64,000 nt of DNA, taken from assembly GCF_024298765.1 (NCBI RefSeq), contig NZ_CP101210.1; one strand, written 5' to 3'. This DNA is from Escherichia coli (GTDB lineage: Bacteria > Pseudomonadota > Gammaproteobacteria > Enterobacterales > Enterobacteriaceae). The notes beneath the pieces are model-generated. The model worked only from the letters and a program-made list of their open reading frames with translations, was not told where the DNA came from and ran no database searches. Shown here piece by piece: positions 24,919 to 34,745 of this stretch (within the stretch, counting starts at the first letter, position 1; every line of letters starts with the position of its first letter). Made by a program: the position numbers and the translations under genes.

Positions 24919-26953
24919 TGCAGGCGTTCGCCCCTTTTCCATTCGTGCACTGCTTGAAGATCGCGCCCGCTATCTGGTGCCCATGTACCAGCGCAACTAT
25001 GCCTGGGGTGAGGGAGAGATCACCCAGCTGCTGCAGGATGTGCTGGATTATCAGCAAAAATTGGTCAGTGGTAAGGGGCCGCAAACCTACTATATCGGCA
25101 CCCTGGTGGTGTTTGCCCGGGACGATGGCAGTTTCGAGGTAATCGATGGCCAGCAGCGCTTTACTACCCTCTCTCTGCTGGCCAATTGGCTCAAACATCA
25201 CGCGATAGATTCGGTGGATATGAGCTGGTATCAGACCATCAACCTCGCTTTTGAGAGTCGCCCGATATCGAGCCATACCTTCGAGCGCTTATGGCAGGGG
25301 GTTGCCCCCGACGATTTGCGGGGGAGTACCTTCAATGAAGGTTTGGTGAACGGTTTTGAGCTGATTGGCAAGGCAATGGCGGAGCTTGGTTTGGTAGGGG
25401 CTAAACTGACGGCCTTTTGCGACTACCTCTTCAAGCATGTGCAGATCTCTCGTATCGAAGTACCCAAGGATACCGATCTCAATCACTTCTTCGAGGCGAT
25501 GAACAATCGCGGCGAGCAGTTGGAAAAGCATGAAGTGATCAAGGCGCGGCTGATGGAGACGCTGAACCAGATACCCGAGGAAGAGCATCGTCGCCAAAGT
25601 ATTCATATCCTGACCCGGGTATGGGATGCCTGCGCCAATATGGAGCGCTATATCCAGTACGGCTTTACCCCGCAAGAGCGCCACCGTCTGTTTGGTGAGA
25701 GCGACTGGGGTCAGTTTGTGCCCCGTGATTTTGCCCATCTGCTTGATCTGCTAGGATCCCCAAACACGGCCGACGCTGCCGATAAAAGCCGTGCAGCTGC
25801 CGGTAGCCAAGGGCGCACCTTGTTGGCCATTTTGCAGGATGACAAGCTTGATGGTGAGCAGACGGTGGAGGAGGAGAGCGCAGGCTCCGAGCGCTTTAAC
25901 AGCGTCATCAACTTCTCCAACTTCTTGCTCCATGTGCTGCGACTCGTGAGCCGCGACCCGGGTAATACGGAGGGGGTGCCGCTTGATGATAAACAACTGG
26001 TCGATCAGTTTGAGCTGCGAGTGATAAGGCAACCGGATCCAGTAGCGGCAGTTCAGCGTTTTATCTATGGCCTGTTAAAGAGCAAGTATCTGTTTGATCA
26101 GTTCATCATCAAGCGCGAGTTTGCCGATGGCAAGGATAGTTGGAGTCTGAAGCGGCTGCACTGGTATTCGGAAAAGAGCGTCAGTTACATCAATACCTTT
26201 GACAAGGATGAAAATGAGAATGGTTTCTCTGGTGTTAACCGGCGGGTCCTGATGTTGCTGTCGGCGTTTCATGTGTCGACCCCGACCCTGGTTTACAAAC
26301 ATTGGCTGAATGGTGCACTGAGATATCTGTTCGACAATTGTCACCCTGATCAACCGGTGGATGCCGGGGCTTATCTGTCCTATCTGGAGAGTCAGGCTCG
26401 CCGCTTTGTCTTCCAGCGCTTTTTAGCGCCTGGTGAAGGGGCTTCCTATTACCAGATGCTCTACCTTGATAACGCCCTGTTGCCCGCCATCAATGTGGAT
26501 GAGAGTTGGCACAAGGTGATTACATCCAAACTTCGCTTCGGTCATATCGAGAACAACTTTGTCTTCAACTTCCTCGACTATCTGCTGTGGGTACGAGATC
26601 GGAATAGCGACAAAGTTGCTGGCTCCTTTGAGTTCACTTTCCGCAGCTCGGTGGAGCACTTCTCACCCCAGCATCCGATGGATGGCTATAAACCGGTTGA
26701 GCAGAGTGCACTCCATTCGTTTGGCAACCTTTGCCTTATCAGCCACAGCAAGAACTCGCGCTTGAGTAACTTCCAGCCGCAACAGAAGCAGGAGCACTTT
26801 GAAGCAAGCCTTGCCAATAACCAGACTGATAGTCTTAAATTGCTTGCTATGATTCGGCTGATGAAAGATAAAGGTCGTTGGCTGGAAGATGAGATAGCTG
26901 TGCATCAACAAGATATGTTGCAGGTCTTACTATCCAATCAAATTCAGCAATAA
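24911..26953 (+). CDS. DUF262-DUF1524 two-domain protein (GmrSD-like type IV restriction-enzyme architecture: N-terminal NTPase, C-terminal His-Me finger nuclease)
   Basis: 680 aa; N-terminal YQRNYAW ... [11 protein letters not shown] and [17 protein letters not shown] (DUF262); C-terminal [14 protein letters not shown] ... [17 protein letters not shown] (DUF1524-like). Confidence 0.75.
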   Translation: MNDAGVRPFSIRALLEDRARYLVPMYQRNYAWGEGEITQLLQDVLDYQQKLVSGKGPQTYYIGTLVVFARDDGSFEVIDGQQRFTTLSLLANWLKHHAIDSVDMSWYQTINLAFESRPISSHTFERLWQGVAPDDLRGSTFNEGLVNGFELIGKAMAELGLVGAKLTAFCDYLFKHVQISRIEVPKDTDLNHFFEAMNNRGEQLEKHEVIKARLMETLNQIPEEEHRRQSIHILTRVWDACANMERYIQYGFTPQERHRLFGESDWGQFVPRDFAHLLDLLGSPNTADAADKSRAAAGSQGRTLLAILQDDKLDGEQTVEEESAGSERFNSVINFSNFLLHVLRLVSRDPGNTEGVPLDDKQLVDQFELRVIRQPDPVAAVQRFIYGLLKSKYLFDQFIIKREFADGKDSWSLKRLHWYSEKSVSYINTFDKDENENGFSGVNRRVLMLLSAFHVSTPTLVYKHWLNGALRYLFDNCHPDQPVDAGAYLSYLESQARRFVFQRFLAPGEGASYYQMLYLDNALLPAINVDESWHKVITSKLRFGHIENNFVFNFLDYLLWVRDRNSDKVAGSFEFTFRSSVEHFSPQHPMDGYKPVEQSALHSFGNLCLISHSKNSRLSNFQPQQKQEHFEASLANNQTDSLKLLAMIRLMKDKGRWLEDEIAVHQQDMLQVLLSNQIQQ

Positions 26954-27023
26954 CGGATTGAATCTGTTGGTGATGCTGCCAACTTACTGATTTAGTGTAT
27001 GATGGTGTTTTTGAGGTGCTCCA

Positions 27024-27299
27024 GTGGCTTCTGTTTCTATCAGCTGTCCCTCCTGTTCAGCTACTGACGGGGTGGTGCGTAACGGCAAAAGCACTGCCGG
27101 ACATCAGCGCTATCTCTGCTCTCATTGCCGTAAAACATGGCAACTACAGTTCACTTACACCGCCTCTCAGCCCGGTACGCACCAGAAAATCATTGATATG
27201 GCCATGAATGGCGTTGGATGCCGGGCAACCGCCCGCATTATGGGCGTTGGCCTCAACACGATTTTCCGCCATTTAAAAAACTCAGGCCGCAGTCGGTAA
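27024..27299 (+). CDS. insA: IS1 InsA
   Basis: 91-aa ORF, one substitution (L to F) relative to copy 1. Confidence 0.9.
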   Translation: MASVSISCPSCSATDGVVRNGKSTAGHQRYLCSHCRKTWQLQFTYTASQPGTHQKIIDMAMNGVGCRATARIMGVGLNTIFRHLKNSGRSR

Positions 27300-27721
27300 C
27301 CTCGCGCATACAGCCGGGCAGTGACGTCATCGTCTGCGCTGAAATGGACGAACAGTGGGGCTACGTAGGTGCTAAATCACGTCAGCGCTGGCTGTTTTAC
27401 GCGTATGACAGGATACGGAGGACGGTTGTGGCGCACGTCTTCGGTGAACGCACTCTGGCCACACTGGAGCGTCTTCTGAGCCTGCTGTCGGCCTTTGAGG
27501 TCGTGGTATGGATGACGGATGGCTGGCCGCTTTATGAATCACGCCTGAAGGGAGAACTGCACGTTATCAGCAAGCGATTTACGCAGCGCATTGAGCAGCA
27601 TAACCTGAATCTGAGGCAGCATCTGGCAAGGCTGGGCAGGAAGTCACTGTCGTTCTCAAAATCGGTGGAGCTGCATGACAAAGTCATCGGGCATTATCTG
27701 AACATAAAACACTATCAGTAA
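27218..27721 (+). CDS. insB: IS1 InsB
   Basis: 167-aa ORF overlapping insA. Confidence 0.85.
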   Translation: MPGNRPHYGRWPQHDFPPFKKLRPQSVTSRIQPGSDVIVCAEMDEQWGYVGAKSRQRWLFYAYDRIRRTVVAHVFGERTLATLERLLSLLSAFEVVVWMTDGWPLYESRLKGELHVISKRFTQRIEQHNLNLRQHLARLGRKSLSFSKSVELHDKVIGHYLNIKHYQ

Positions 27722-27736
27722 GTTGGAGTCATTACC

Positions 27737-27964
27737 CAGCTCATCGCGCAGTGAGCCAAAATCCGCATCTGAAGCACGGTCAAAAAGGTAATCCAGTTTG
27801 CGATTTACGTCGCTCAGCTGGTTGGTAACTATTTTCAACCCGGACTCCAGATCACCTGGGCCAGCTTCAAGGCAGCGCCGCAGATACTCTGACCGATTAC
27901 CACCTGAAACCAGGTCTATATAGGCCAAAAGTTCATCTGATACTTTTGCGGTTATTGTTGGCAT
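27737..27964 (-). pseudogene. Ribbon-helix-helix (CopG/Arc/TrwA-like) DNA-binding protein gene, 3' end interrupted by IS1
   Basis: MPTITAKVSDELLAYIDLVSGGNRSEYLRRCLEAGPGDLESGLK...: beta-strand then two helices as in RHH proteins; after ~76 codons the frame runs into the IS1 end (ORF 27656..27964). Confidence 0.5.
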
Positions 27965-28302
27965 CCAGTCCTCACTTTGTGCATTTTTTAAACGAAAAAA
28001 GGGTGTCTAATACGGTGAAATCATAGTATTACCAAAGTAATAAATAAAAATTGTTTTAAATCAGTAGGTTAGATTAGATTTGTAATGCCTGGGTAATACC
28101 GCAGCATGGCTAAATTTGGTTTTTTTTCTTTTAAATCAGTTGGATAGCGTGATTTATCACGCTGCGTTAGGTGTATAGCAGGTTAAGGGATAAAAAATCA
28201 TCTTTTTTTGGTAGGGCGATCTCCGTAGGTTAAGGGTCATTTGGCTAAAAAGCGTCCTATTCTTTGATGGTCATGCTTGCATGACCATCTGAGCAACCAA
28301 AA

Positions 28303-28448
28303 ACTACAGATAAACTACAGATAAACTACAAAAAACGTTTTGCCTTAGTATTGGAAGACTACAAATAGACTACAATAAAACTACAAAGAAACTACAAAAA
28401 ACATGACAGACTACAAATAGACTACAAGAATACTACAGATAAACTACA
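28303..28448 (+). repeat. Iteron array: 11 copies of ACTACA(A/G) in 11-bp register, three clusters (3+4+4); candidate centromere-like or operator site
   Basis: ACTACA at ~28303, 28314, 28325, 28358, 28369, 28380, 28391, 28410, 28421, 28432, 28443; preceded by a perfect palindrome gatggtcatgcttgcatgaccatc (28266-28289); just upstream of the StbA-like gene. Confidence 0.8.
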
Positions 28449-28509
28449 AAACTCGATTGACCCCTTCTTACGAGTGTTGTAGAGTCATTTTCATACAACG
28501 GAGGGGGTT

Positions 28510-28896
28510 ATGAATAAACCAGCAGATCTGAAACCCCGCAACTTATCGGCTGCTGTCAGATTGCGCCTAAATGAAATCGAGAACTGGCTGGACAGAGGGC
28601 TAACGCGGCATGAAATTGCTGAAATCCTCGACAGCGAATACAGCTTTTCGGTAACAGCCAAAGGGCTTGAGATGGCACTGTATAGAACGCGGCAAAACCG
28701 AAAAAATGTATTGCACAATACACATGATAAGAGTAGCGCGAAGGGTGCAGCGGAAAGTGTATTGCACAATACACAACCGTCTGAGCCTGAAGCGCAGGAA
28801 AGTGAAAAAGCAGAGAGTCCCGGCATTATTGATAAAGAATTCTTCAATAAAATCGGTGAGAATTTCGACCCTAAGAAGTTCAACAAAAAATTCTGA
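28510..28896 (+). CDS. Small putative DNA-binding protein, candidate iteron-binding partition adaptor (StbA/ParR-like); function inferred from context
   Basis: 128 aa; RBS ggaggg 6 nt before the ATG; directly downstream of the iteron array and upstream of a ParA-like gene fragment. Confidence 0.4.
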   Translation: MNKPADLKPRNLSAAVRLRLNEIENWLDRGLTRHEIAEILDSEYSFSVTAKGLEMALYRTRQNRKNVLHNTHDKSSAKGAAESVLHNTQPSEPEAQESEKAESPGIIDKEFFNKIGENFDPKKFNKKF

Positions 28897-28904
28897 GGTG
28901 ATTT

Positions 28905-29091
28905 ATGAAAGTAGCGGTAATTAATTACAGTGGCAGTGTTCGTAAAACCTTAATTTCATCTTACCTGTTAGCTCCGCGCCTGACTGGTGCAAAGTTCTAT
29001 GCGGTAGAGACTATCAACCAGTCTGCTTCCGATCTGGGTATTGAAAATGTGACCAGTTTTAAAGGTGACGACTTCTCACGTTTGATTGAGG
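28905..29091 (+). pseudogene. N-terminal fragment of a ParA/StbB-like ATPase gene, truncated by a solo IS1 end
   Basis: MKVAVINYSGSVRKTLISSYLLAPRL... resembles a deviant Walker-A start; ORF ends at 29096 where the IS1 terminal sequence begins. Confidence 0.4.
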
Positions 29092-29123
29092 GGTAATGAC
29101 TCCAACTTACTGGTAGTGTTTTA
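29092..29123. mobile_element. Solo IS1 terminal-repeat remnant (~32 bp)
   Basis: ggtaatgactccaacttactggtagtgtttta matches the IS1 end (ggtaatgactccaacttattgatagtgtttta) with 2 mismatches, then diverges. Confidence 0.7.
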
Positions 29124-29173
29124 GCGAAGTTAAGTGACACAATAGTTTAATCTGGAGGAATTAATGAAGAGTT

Positions 29174-32113
29174 ATGAGTAATTTTAATTTTCTAACAGAC
29201 ATCAGCCCTGAACTCGCTCAATTTGGTAAAAGTGCCGAGCTGTATTACCATGATGATAAGCAGGTAGCACTAGTGAAACTTAGGTGTTTTACTGAAGTAG
29301 TCGTTGGGGAAATTTATTCACGTTTATCGCTAACCCCACCTGTTCGTGATGATTTATATAATCGACTGCGCAGCTACGAATTCAAGGACGTTGTCAGTGA
29401 TAAGGGAATCTGGGCCAAATTAGATGTATTGCGACATAAAGGTAACAAAGCCGCCCACTCTAGCAATGGTTCAGACGAGATTTCCCTCAATGAAACACTC
29501 TGGTTAATCAAAGAAGCTTATTTAGTCGCCCGTTGGTATGCTCAAGCTATTCTCAATAAGCCTATCACTCCGCCAGAGTTTGTTGATCCGGTAAAACCTA
29601 TCGATCATACATCTCGCTTAGAAGCAGAGTTAGAACGGCAACGTCAAGAACTCAATAAACGAGAGGCTGAATTAAAGACCCAGCTTGCTGATAATAGTGA
29701 TAAATATCAACAACAGACGAGTGAGCTAATAGCTCAACTAGACGAAAAAAACGACACACTTTCCAATGTAAAAAAAGAGCAAGCACTATTACAGATTGAA
29801 CTTGAACAAAAACAAAAAGATCTAGTCGCTTCACAACAAGCCTTCTTTGATTACAGGACGCGTGAAGAGTTTAAACAAGCTAGTATTTCATCAGCTTCAA
29901 GCTTTGATCTTGATATGGAAGTGACGCGCCGAAATATTGATATATTTGATTGCTTTGAAGGAGTAAGTTTAACTAAAGGTCAAAACCAAATAGTTAAGCA
30001 AATAAATGAGTTTCTAACCGATACCAAACAAAACGTATTTTTACTTAATGGTTATGCAGGTACAGGTAAAACATTTATAACTAAAGGAATTACTCAGTAC
30101 CTAGAAAGAATTGGTCGTGAATTCGCTATTATGGCCCCGACGGGGAAAGCCGCGAAAGTGATATCAGACAAAACAATGCAACCTGCCAGCACTATTCACC
30201 GCGTGATATACAATTACGACAACGTGAAAGAGTACAAAGTTGACGGTGTGGAAGGGTCTGAAACTTATCGTTGCTATGCTGACCTTAAAGTCAATGTAGA
30301 TACTGCCGAAGCTGTTTATATAATTGATGAAGCGTCAATGGTTTCTGACAGATATTCCGATGGTGAGTTTTTTCGTTTTGGGAGCGGATATTTATTAAAA
30401 GACTTGCTCAAGTACATAAATATTGACCACAACGATCATAATAAGAAAGTTATTTTTATTGGTGATAATGCACAGTTGCCACCTGTTGGAATGAATACGT
30501 CACCAGCGCTAGATGCCAGTTACCTTAAAGAAAATTATCAAGTCGCTGTGGCTTCAGGGCACTTGACTGAAGTTGTTCGTCAAAAAGGTGATAGTGGTGT
30601 TTTGAACAATGCTGCCATGTTGCGTGACGGTTTAGAGCAAAATCTTTTCAATAAACTGAAATTTGAAGTTAATGATCATGATGTATTTAATTTGTCCTCG
30701 GAAAATCTACTTAGCACTTATCTAGACTCATGTGATAGAAAAGTTAGCCGTACAGGAGAAAGTATTATTATTGCTTCTTCAAACCGACAAGTAGCTGAGT
30801 ATAACCGTTTGGTTAGAGAGTACTTCTTTACTGGTCAACAGCAAATGGTCGCGGGAGATAAAGTCATTTCGGTAGCAAATCACTATCGAGCAGACGCTTG
30901 TATTACCAATGGTGAATTTGGAATGATCAAGGAAGTACTATCTCCTCATTCTGAGTTGATTAGTGTTGACATTAGCGTCAAAGGTGACACTGGTGACATG
31001 GTTAAGCGAAAAGTAAATCTGAGTTTTAGGGATGTGATTCTAGGCTTTCGCAACGACTACGGTGAACCATTCTTCTTTGAAGCCAAAATTGTAGAAAACC
31101 TACTTTACAATGATCAGCCGACCTTATCGTCAGATGAGCACAAAGCACTCTATGTTCACTTTTTAAATCGACACCCAGAACTGAGACGTAAAGGTAATGA
31201 ACAAAAGCTTAGAATTGCATTATTGCAAGATCCTTATTTCAATGCTTTTAAACTTAAGTTTGGTTATTCCATTACTGGACACAAAGCACAGGGTAGCGAA
31301 TGGAAAACTGTTTTCTTACAGTGTCAAACACACCAAAAAGCCTTAACTAAAGATTACTTCCGCTGGTTATACACCGCTATAACGAGAACTTCTGGCATCC
31401 TGTATGTAATGAATCCACCTCAGTTGCGCTTAGGAGATGGAATGAAAATAGCAGGAGCGTACCAACCCAAAGCAGTAAACCTAGACAATTCTGCTCCTGA
31501 AGGCGTTGAGGTTGTGCGACCAAGTACCGAAGCAACGAACTCAGTAGCCACAGCGAAGTTTGATTTTCAGACTGACATCCCGCAACTTAAAAAGCTATAC
31601 CAACTTGTTGATGCATGTATTGAAGGTACAGGGATTACTGTAGTGGATGTCCTTCATTATAACTATCAAGATCGTTACATCTTGCAGCGCGGGAATGAGC
31701 AGGCTTCGATAAGTTTCAATTACAAGGGTAACTGGAAAGTGTCTGGCGTAAAGAGCATTACTCAAGATGGGTTCGATGTTGAACTCATGGCTTTGCTTGG
31801 TCAATTAGAAGGTACTTTGCTCGATGTACCTGAGCCTTCAAAGGATACTCAGTTCCATTTTTCAGAGCCATTCTTAGAAGAGTTTTATCTAAATGTAATG
31901 GATCAAATCAACAGTGTTGGAGCTGATATAAGCAAAATTGAATCTCGTTCATTTTGTGAAAGATATGCATTTGTTAAAGGCAATGAGTTGGCGGTAATTG
32001 AGTTTTGGTACAACAAGTCTAGCCAGTTTACTAAAGTTCAACCTATGCCTCAGCTTAGTAATTCCACAAGGCTCATTGACGAAATAATATGTCAAATAGG
32101 TGTGCTTCTATGA
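29174..32113 (+). CDS. Large SF1B (RecD/Pif1/Dda-like) helicase with an uncharacterised N-terminal helical domain and a coiled-coil linker; candidate defence effector/sensor
   Basis: 979 aa. Helicase motifs: Walker A NGYAGTGKTF, IMAPTGKAAKV, Walker B IIDEASMV, motif III VIFIGDNAQLPPV, motif V/VI SITGHKAQGSEWKTVFL. N-terminal ~130 aa contains LDVLRHKGNKAAHS (possible DUF4145/HEPN-like R-x7-H); residues ~140-230 are a heptad-rich E/Q/K/L segment. No relaxase motifs. Confidence 0.75.
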   Translation: MSNFNFLTDISPELAQFGKSAELYYHDDKQVALVKLRCFTEVVVGEIYSRLSLTPPVRDDLYNRLRSYEFKDVVSDKGIWAKLDVLRHKGNKAAHSSNGSDEISLNETLWLIKEAYLVARWYAQAILNKPITPPEFVDPVKPIDHTSRLEAELERQRQELNKREAELKTQLADNSDKYQQQTSELIAQLDEKNDTLSNVKKEQALLQIELEQKQKDLVASQQAFFDYRTREEFKQASISSASSFDLDMEVTRRNIDIFDCFEGVSLTKGQNQIVKQINEFLTDTKQNVFLLNGYAGTGKTFITKGITQYLERIGREFAIMAPTGKAAKVISDKTMQPASTIHRVIYNYDNVKEYKVDGVEGSETYRCYADLKVNVDTAEAVYIIDEASMVSDRYSDGEFFRFGSGYLLKDLLKYINIDHNDHNKKVIFIGDNAQLPPVGMNTSPALDASYLKENYQVAVASGHLTEVVRQKGDSGVLNNAAMLRDGLEQNLFNKLKFEVNDHDVFNLSSENLLSTYLDSCDRKVSRTGESIIIASSNRQVAEYNRLVREYFFTGQQQMVAGDKVISVANHYRADACITNGEFGMIKEVLSPHSELISVDISVKGDTGDMVKRKVNLSFRDVILGFRNDYGEPFFFEAKIVENLLYNDQPTLSSDEHKALYVHFLNRHPELRRKGNEQKLRIALLQDPYFNAFKLKFGYSITGHKAQGSEWKTVFLQCQTHQKALTKDYFRWLYTAITRTSGILYVMNPPQLRLGDGMKIAGAYQPKAVNLDNSAPEGVEVVRPSTEATNSVATAKFDFQTDIPQLKKLYQLVDACIEGTGITVVDVLHYNYQDRYILQRGNEQASISFNYKGNWKVSGVKSITQDGFDVELMALLGQLEGTLLDVPEPSKDTQFHFSEPFLEEFYLNVMDQINSVGADISKIESRSFCERYAFVKGNELAVIEFWYNKSSQFTKVQPMPQLSNSTRLIDEIICQIGVLL

Positions 32114-33534
32114 ATGAGCCAGCTAATCGTACAGTAAATAATTTGAGAAAGAGCGGAGACCTGCAAGGGGCTTGGGAGTTTGGTTTTCAAGCGTTGCAGG
32201 CAGCTCCCCAAGATACTTACTTGAAAGGTGCTTTATTTTGGGTGTGTTATGAGTTTCTTAAGCACCAGCTTGAAAATCTAAATAAGCGAGCGAGTTCTTC
32301 AAACAACTATCGTCCTACTGATTTTGAATTTGAGCAAATAGAGAACTTGCTGCAAACCATAGTAAATTTAGATATTGCTACTGGCGGCCTAGAGTACAAA
32401 ATGCTGCTGGTTCAGTTTAAGAAGAGTTTGGAATGGTTTCCAACCTTGATTCACCTTGTGCTTCGACATCAAACTGTACTATTTGATGATGAGGCTAAAA
32501 CACCTTTTCAAGCTGAAAAAGGTGAAGTGCCAAGTTTGATGCTCTCAACAGCACGCCAAGTGGCGAGTGCATGGCTTAGAGCACGAGAGTATTGGCATCT
32601 AGATCTTAACCAAGTGATGGCATTTATTAACCAAACACGCGAGCAAGCCTCTGACACTAAACATATGATGTGGCTTGATTACGACCAAGCGAAGTGCCTT
32701 GTTGTTGCGGGCCAATACGATCAGGCTCGCGAACTCATTCTACCCATTTTAAGAAAGAAGCAAAAAGAGTCTTGGGCTTGGGGAGCGTTGGCTGCTACTT
32801 ATTCAAAACAAGATCAGCGTTTAGCAATGAAGTTTTTTGCTAGGGGAATAGTATCCGCACATGACGTTACTTTTAGTTTACGTTTATTACAGGGAATTAT
32901 TCCTTTATTACTTGCAAATCAACAGCAAGCTGAAGCCTCAATGTGCCTAAAAACGGCTATTGCGGCTTATCAAGCCCATGGGTGGAAGCTAAAGCAAGAG
33001 CTAGAACAGCTATCTATGCAGGCTTGGTATGATTCTGGTGTCGATGAGAAGCAACTGAGTCCTTTTTTAAACTCTATTTCTCACGACGCTTTAAATTACT
33101 TGCATGGGCCGATGGAGAAGGTTGTTGCTATCGTAGAGAATATCCATAAATCCGGTAAAGGCTTTCAAGTATTCGTAAATAAGTCGACATCACTATCAGT
33201 TCGCATGGGGGTTCATAAAGGTAAGCAGAAACCTCAGGCTGGTGACTATGTCGAGCTATCCGTAGCGAGTGTTGATGGAAACAAAGAAGTAGTAGCTTCC
33301 TCATCGTCCAAGCAAGTAGATATGGCTGATGTTTCGTATGTAGAGGGTACGCTTCGAATAGCACCCAAAGGCTTCGGATTTGTCGAGGATACTTTTGTTC
33401 CTCCCTTTGTTATAGGTAATTTAAAAAATGAAACAAAAGTCAGAGCACTCCGTATCATGAGTTGGGACAAATCTAAAGCTCGCCACAACTGGAAAGCGAT
33501 TAAGTTAACGGAACTAAATTTTAATGAAGACTAA
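32110..33534 (+). CDS. Uncharacterised protein with N-terminal TPR-like helical repeats and C-terminal cold-shock/OB-fold-like region, translationally coupled to the helicase
   Basis: Start at MNEPANRT (ATG 32110, overlapping the helicase stop; ORF-track start 32089 rejected); C-terminal ...GTLRIAPKGFGFVEDTFVPPFVI resembles the GFGF cold-shock/S1 motif. Confidence 0.65.
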   Translation: MNEPANRTVNNLRKSGDLQGAWEFGFQALQAAPQDTYLKGALFWVCYEFLKHQLENLNKRASSSNNYRPTDFEFEQIENLLQTIVNLDIATGGLEYKMLLVQFKKSLEWFPTLIHLVLRHQTVLFDDEAKTPFQAEKGEVPSLMLSTARQVASAWLRAREYWHLDLNQVMAFINQTREQASDTKHMMWLDYDQAKCLVVAGQYDQARELILPILRKKQKESWAWGALAATYSKQDQRLAMKFFARGIVSAHDVTFSLRLLQGIIPLLLANQQQAEASMCLKTAIAAYQAHGWKLKQELEQLSMQAWYDSGVDEKQLSPFLNSISHDALNYLHGPMEKVVAIVENIHKSGKGFQVFVNKSTSLSVRMGVHKGKQKPQAGDYVELSVASVDGNKEVVASSSSKQVDMADVSYVEGTLRIAPKGFGFVEDTFVPPFVIGNLKNETKVRALRIMSWDKSKARHNWKAIKLTELNFNED

Positions 33535-33591
33535 GTCACTTTCCGGCGAAATCGAGTTAGGACAGGCTCAAGAATTAGCCGAGGTCGAATA

Positions 33592-33688
33592 ATGGCAACC
33601 CGAGTAGAAATGATTATCGAAACGCTCAAGGCGAACCCCGACAAGAAGTTTACTGCTCGGGACTTAGCCAAAGAATTTGTGCTTCGAT
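33592..33688 (+). pseudogene. First 32 codons of a third gene (winged-helix / HARE-HTH or Mrr-N-like N-terminus), truncated by the IS903-like element
   Basis: RBS gagg 7 nt before ATG 33592; MATRVEMIIETLKANPDKKFTARDLAKEFVLR then the frame enters the IS terminal repeat at 33689. Confidence 0.45.
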
Positions 33689-34745
33689 GGCTTTGTTGAA
33701 TAAATCGAACTTTTGCTGAGTTGAAGGATCAGATCACGCATCTTCCCGACAACGCAGACCGTTCCGTGGCAAAGCAAAAGTTCAAAATCACCAACTGGCC
33801 CACCTACAATAAAGCCCTCATCAACCGTGGCTCCATAACTTTCTGGCTGGATGATGAAGCTATTCAGGCCTGGTATGAGTCAGCAACACCTTCTTCACGA
33901 GGCAGACCTCAGCGCTATTCTGACCTTGCCATCACGACTGTGCTGGTCATTAAACGCGTATTCAGGCTGACCCTGCGCGCTGCGCAGGGCTTTATTGATT
34001 CCATTTTTTCTCTGATGAACGTTCCGCTACGCTGCCCGGATTACAGCTGTGTCAGCAGGCGGGCAAAGTCGGTTAATGTCAGTTTCAAAACGCCCACCCG
34101 GGGTGAAATCGCACATCTGGTGATTGATTCCACCGGGCTGAAGGTCTTCGGTGAAGGCGAGTGGAAAGTCAAAAAGCATGGCCAGGAACGCCGCCGTATC
34201 TGGCGTAAGCTGCATCTCGCCGTTGACAGTAAAACACATGAAATCATCTGTGCAGACCTGTCGCTGAACAACGTTACGGACTCAGAGGCCTTCCCCGGGT
34301 TAATCCGGCAAACCCACCGGAAAATCAGGTCAGCCGCCGCCGATGGCGCTTACGATACCCGGCTATGTCACGATGAACTGCGGCGTAAGAAAATCAGCGC
34401 GCTTATCCCTCCCCGAAAAGGTGCGGGTTACTGGCCCGGTGAATATGCAGACCGTAACCGTGCAGTGGCTAATCAGCGAATGACCGGGAGTAATGCGCGG
34501 TGGAAATGGACAACAGATTACAACCGTCGCTCGATAGCGGAAACGGCGATGTACCGGGTAAAACAGCTGTTCGGGGGGGCACTGACGCTGCGTGACTACG
34601 ATGGTCAGGTTGCGGAGGCTATGGCCCTGGTACGAGCGCTGAACAAAATGACGAAAGCAGGTATACCTGAAAGCGTGCGTATTGCCTGAAAACACAACCC
34701 GCTACGGGGGAGACTTACCCGAAATCTGATTTATTCAACAAAGCC
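33689..34745 (+). mobile_element. IS903/IS102-like element (IS5 family), ~1057 bp
   Basis: Inverted ends ggctttgttgaataaatcg (33689-) and the reverse complement ...gatttattcaacaaagcc (-34745); single transposase ORF; flanking 9-mers tgcttcgat / gttgccaaa do not match. Confidence 0.85.
33766..34689 (+). CDS. IS903-family transposase
   Basis: ORF 33721..34689 (322 aa from the track start); 307 aa if started at GTG 33766, the size I recall for IS903 transposase. Confidence 0.8.
   Translation: MAKQKFKITNWPTYNKALINRGSITFWLDDEAIQAWYESATPSSRGRPQRYSDLAITTVLVIKRVFRLTLRAAQGFIDSIFSLMNVPLRCPDYSCVSRRAKSVNVSFKTPTRGEIAHLVIDSTGLKVFGEGEWKVKKHGQERRRIWRKLHLAVDSKTHEIICADLSLNNVTDSEAFPGLIRQTHRKIRSAAADGAYDTRLCHDELRRKKISALIPPRKGAGYWPGEYADRNRAVANQRMTGSNARWKWTTDYNRRSIAETAMYRVKQLFGGALTLRDYDGQVAEAMALVRALNKMTKAGIPESVRIA

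Larger units (their letters stand above)
26969..27736 (+). mobile_element. IS1 copy 2 (768 bp), same orientation as copy 1 but a divergent isoform
   Basis: Same terminal sequences as copy 1; InsA/InsB differ from copy 1 at several residues (roughly 10% of InsB); flanking 9-mers gaatctgtt / cagctcatc do not match. Confidence 0.9.
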
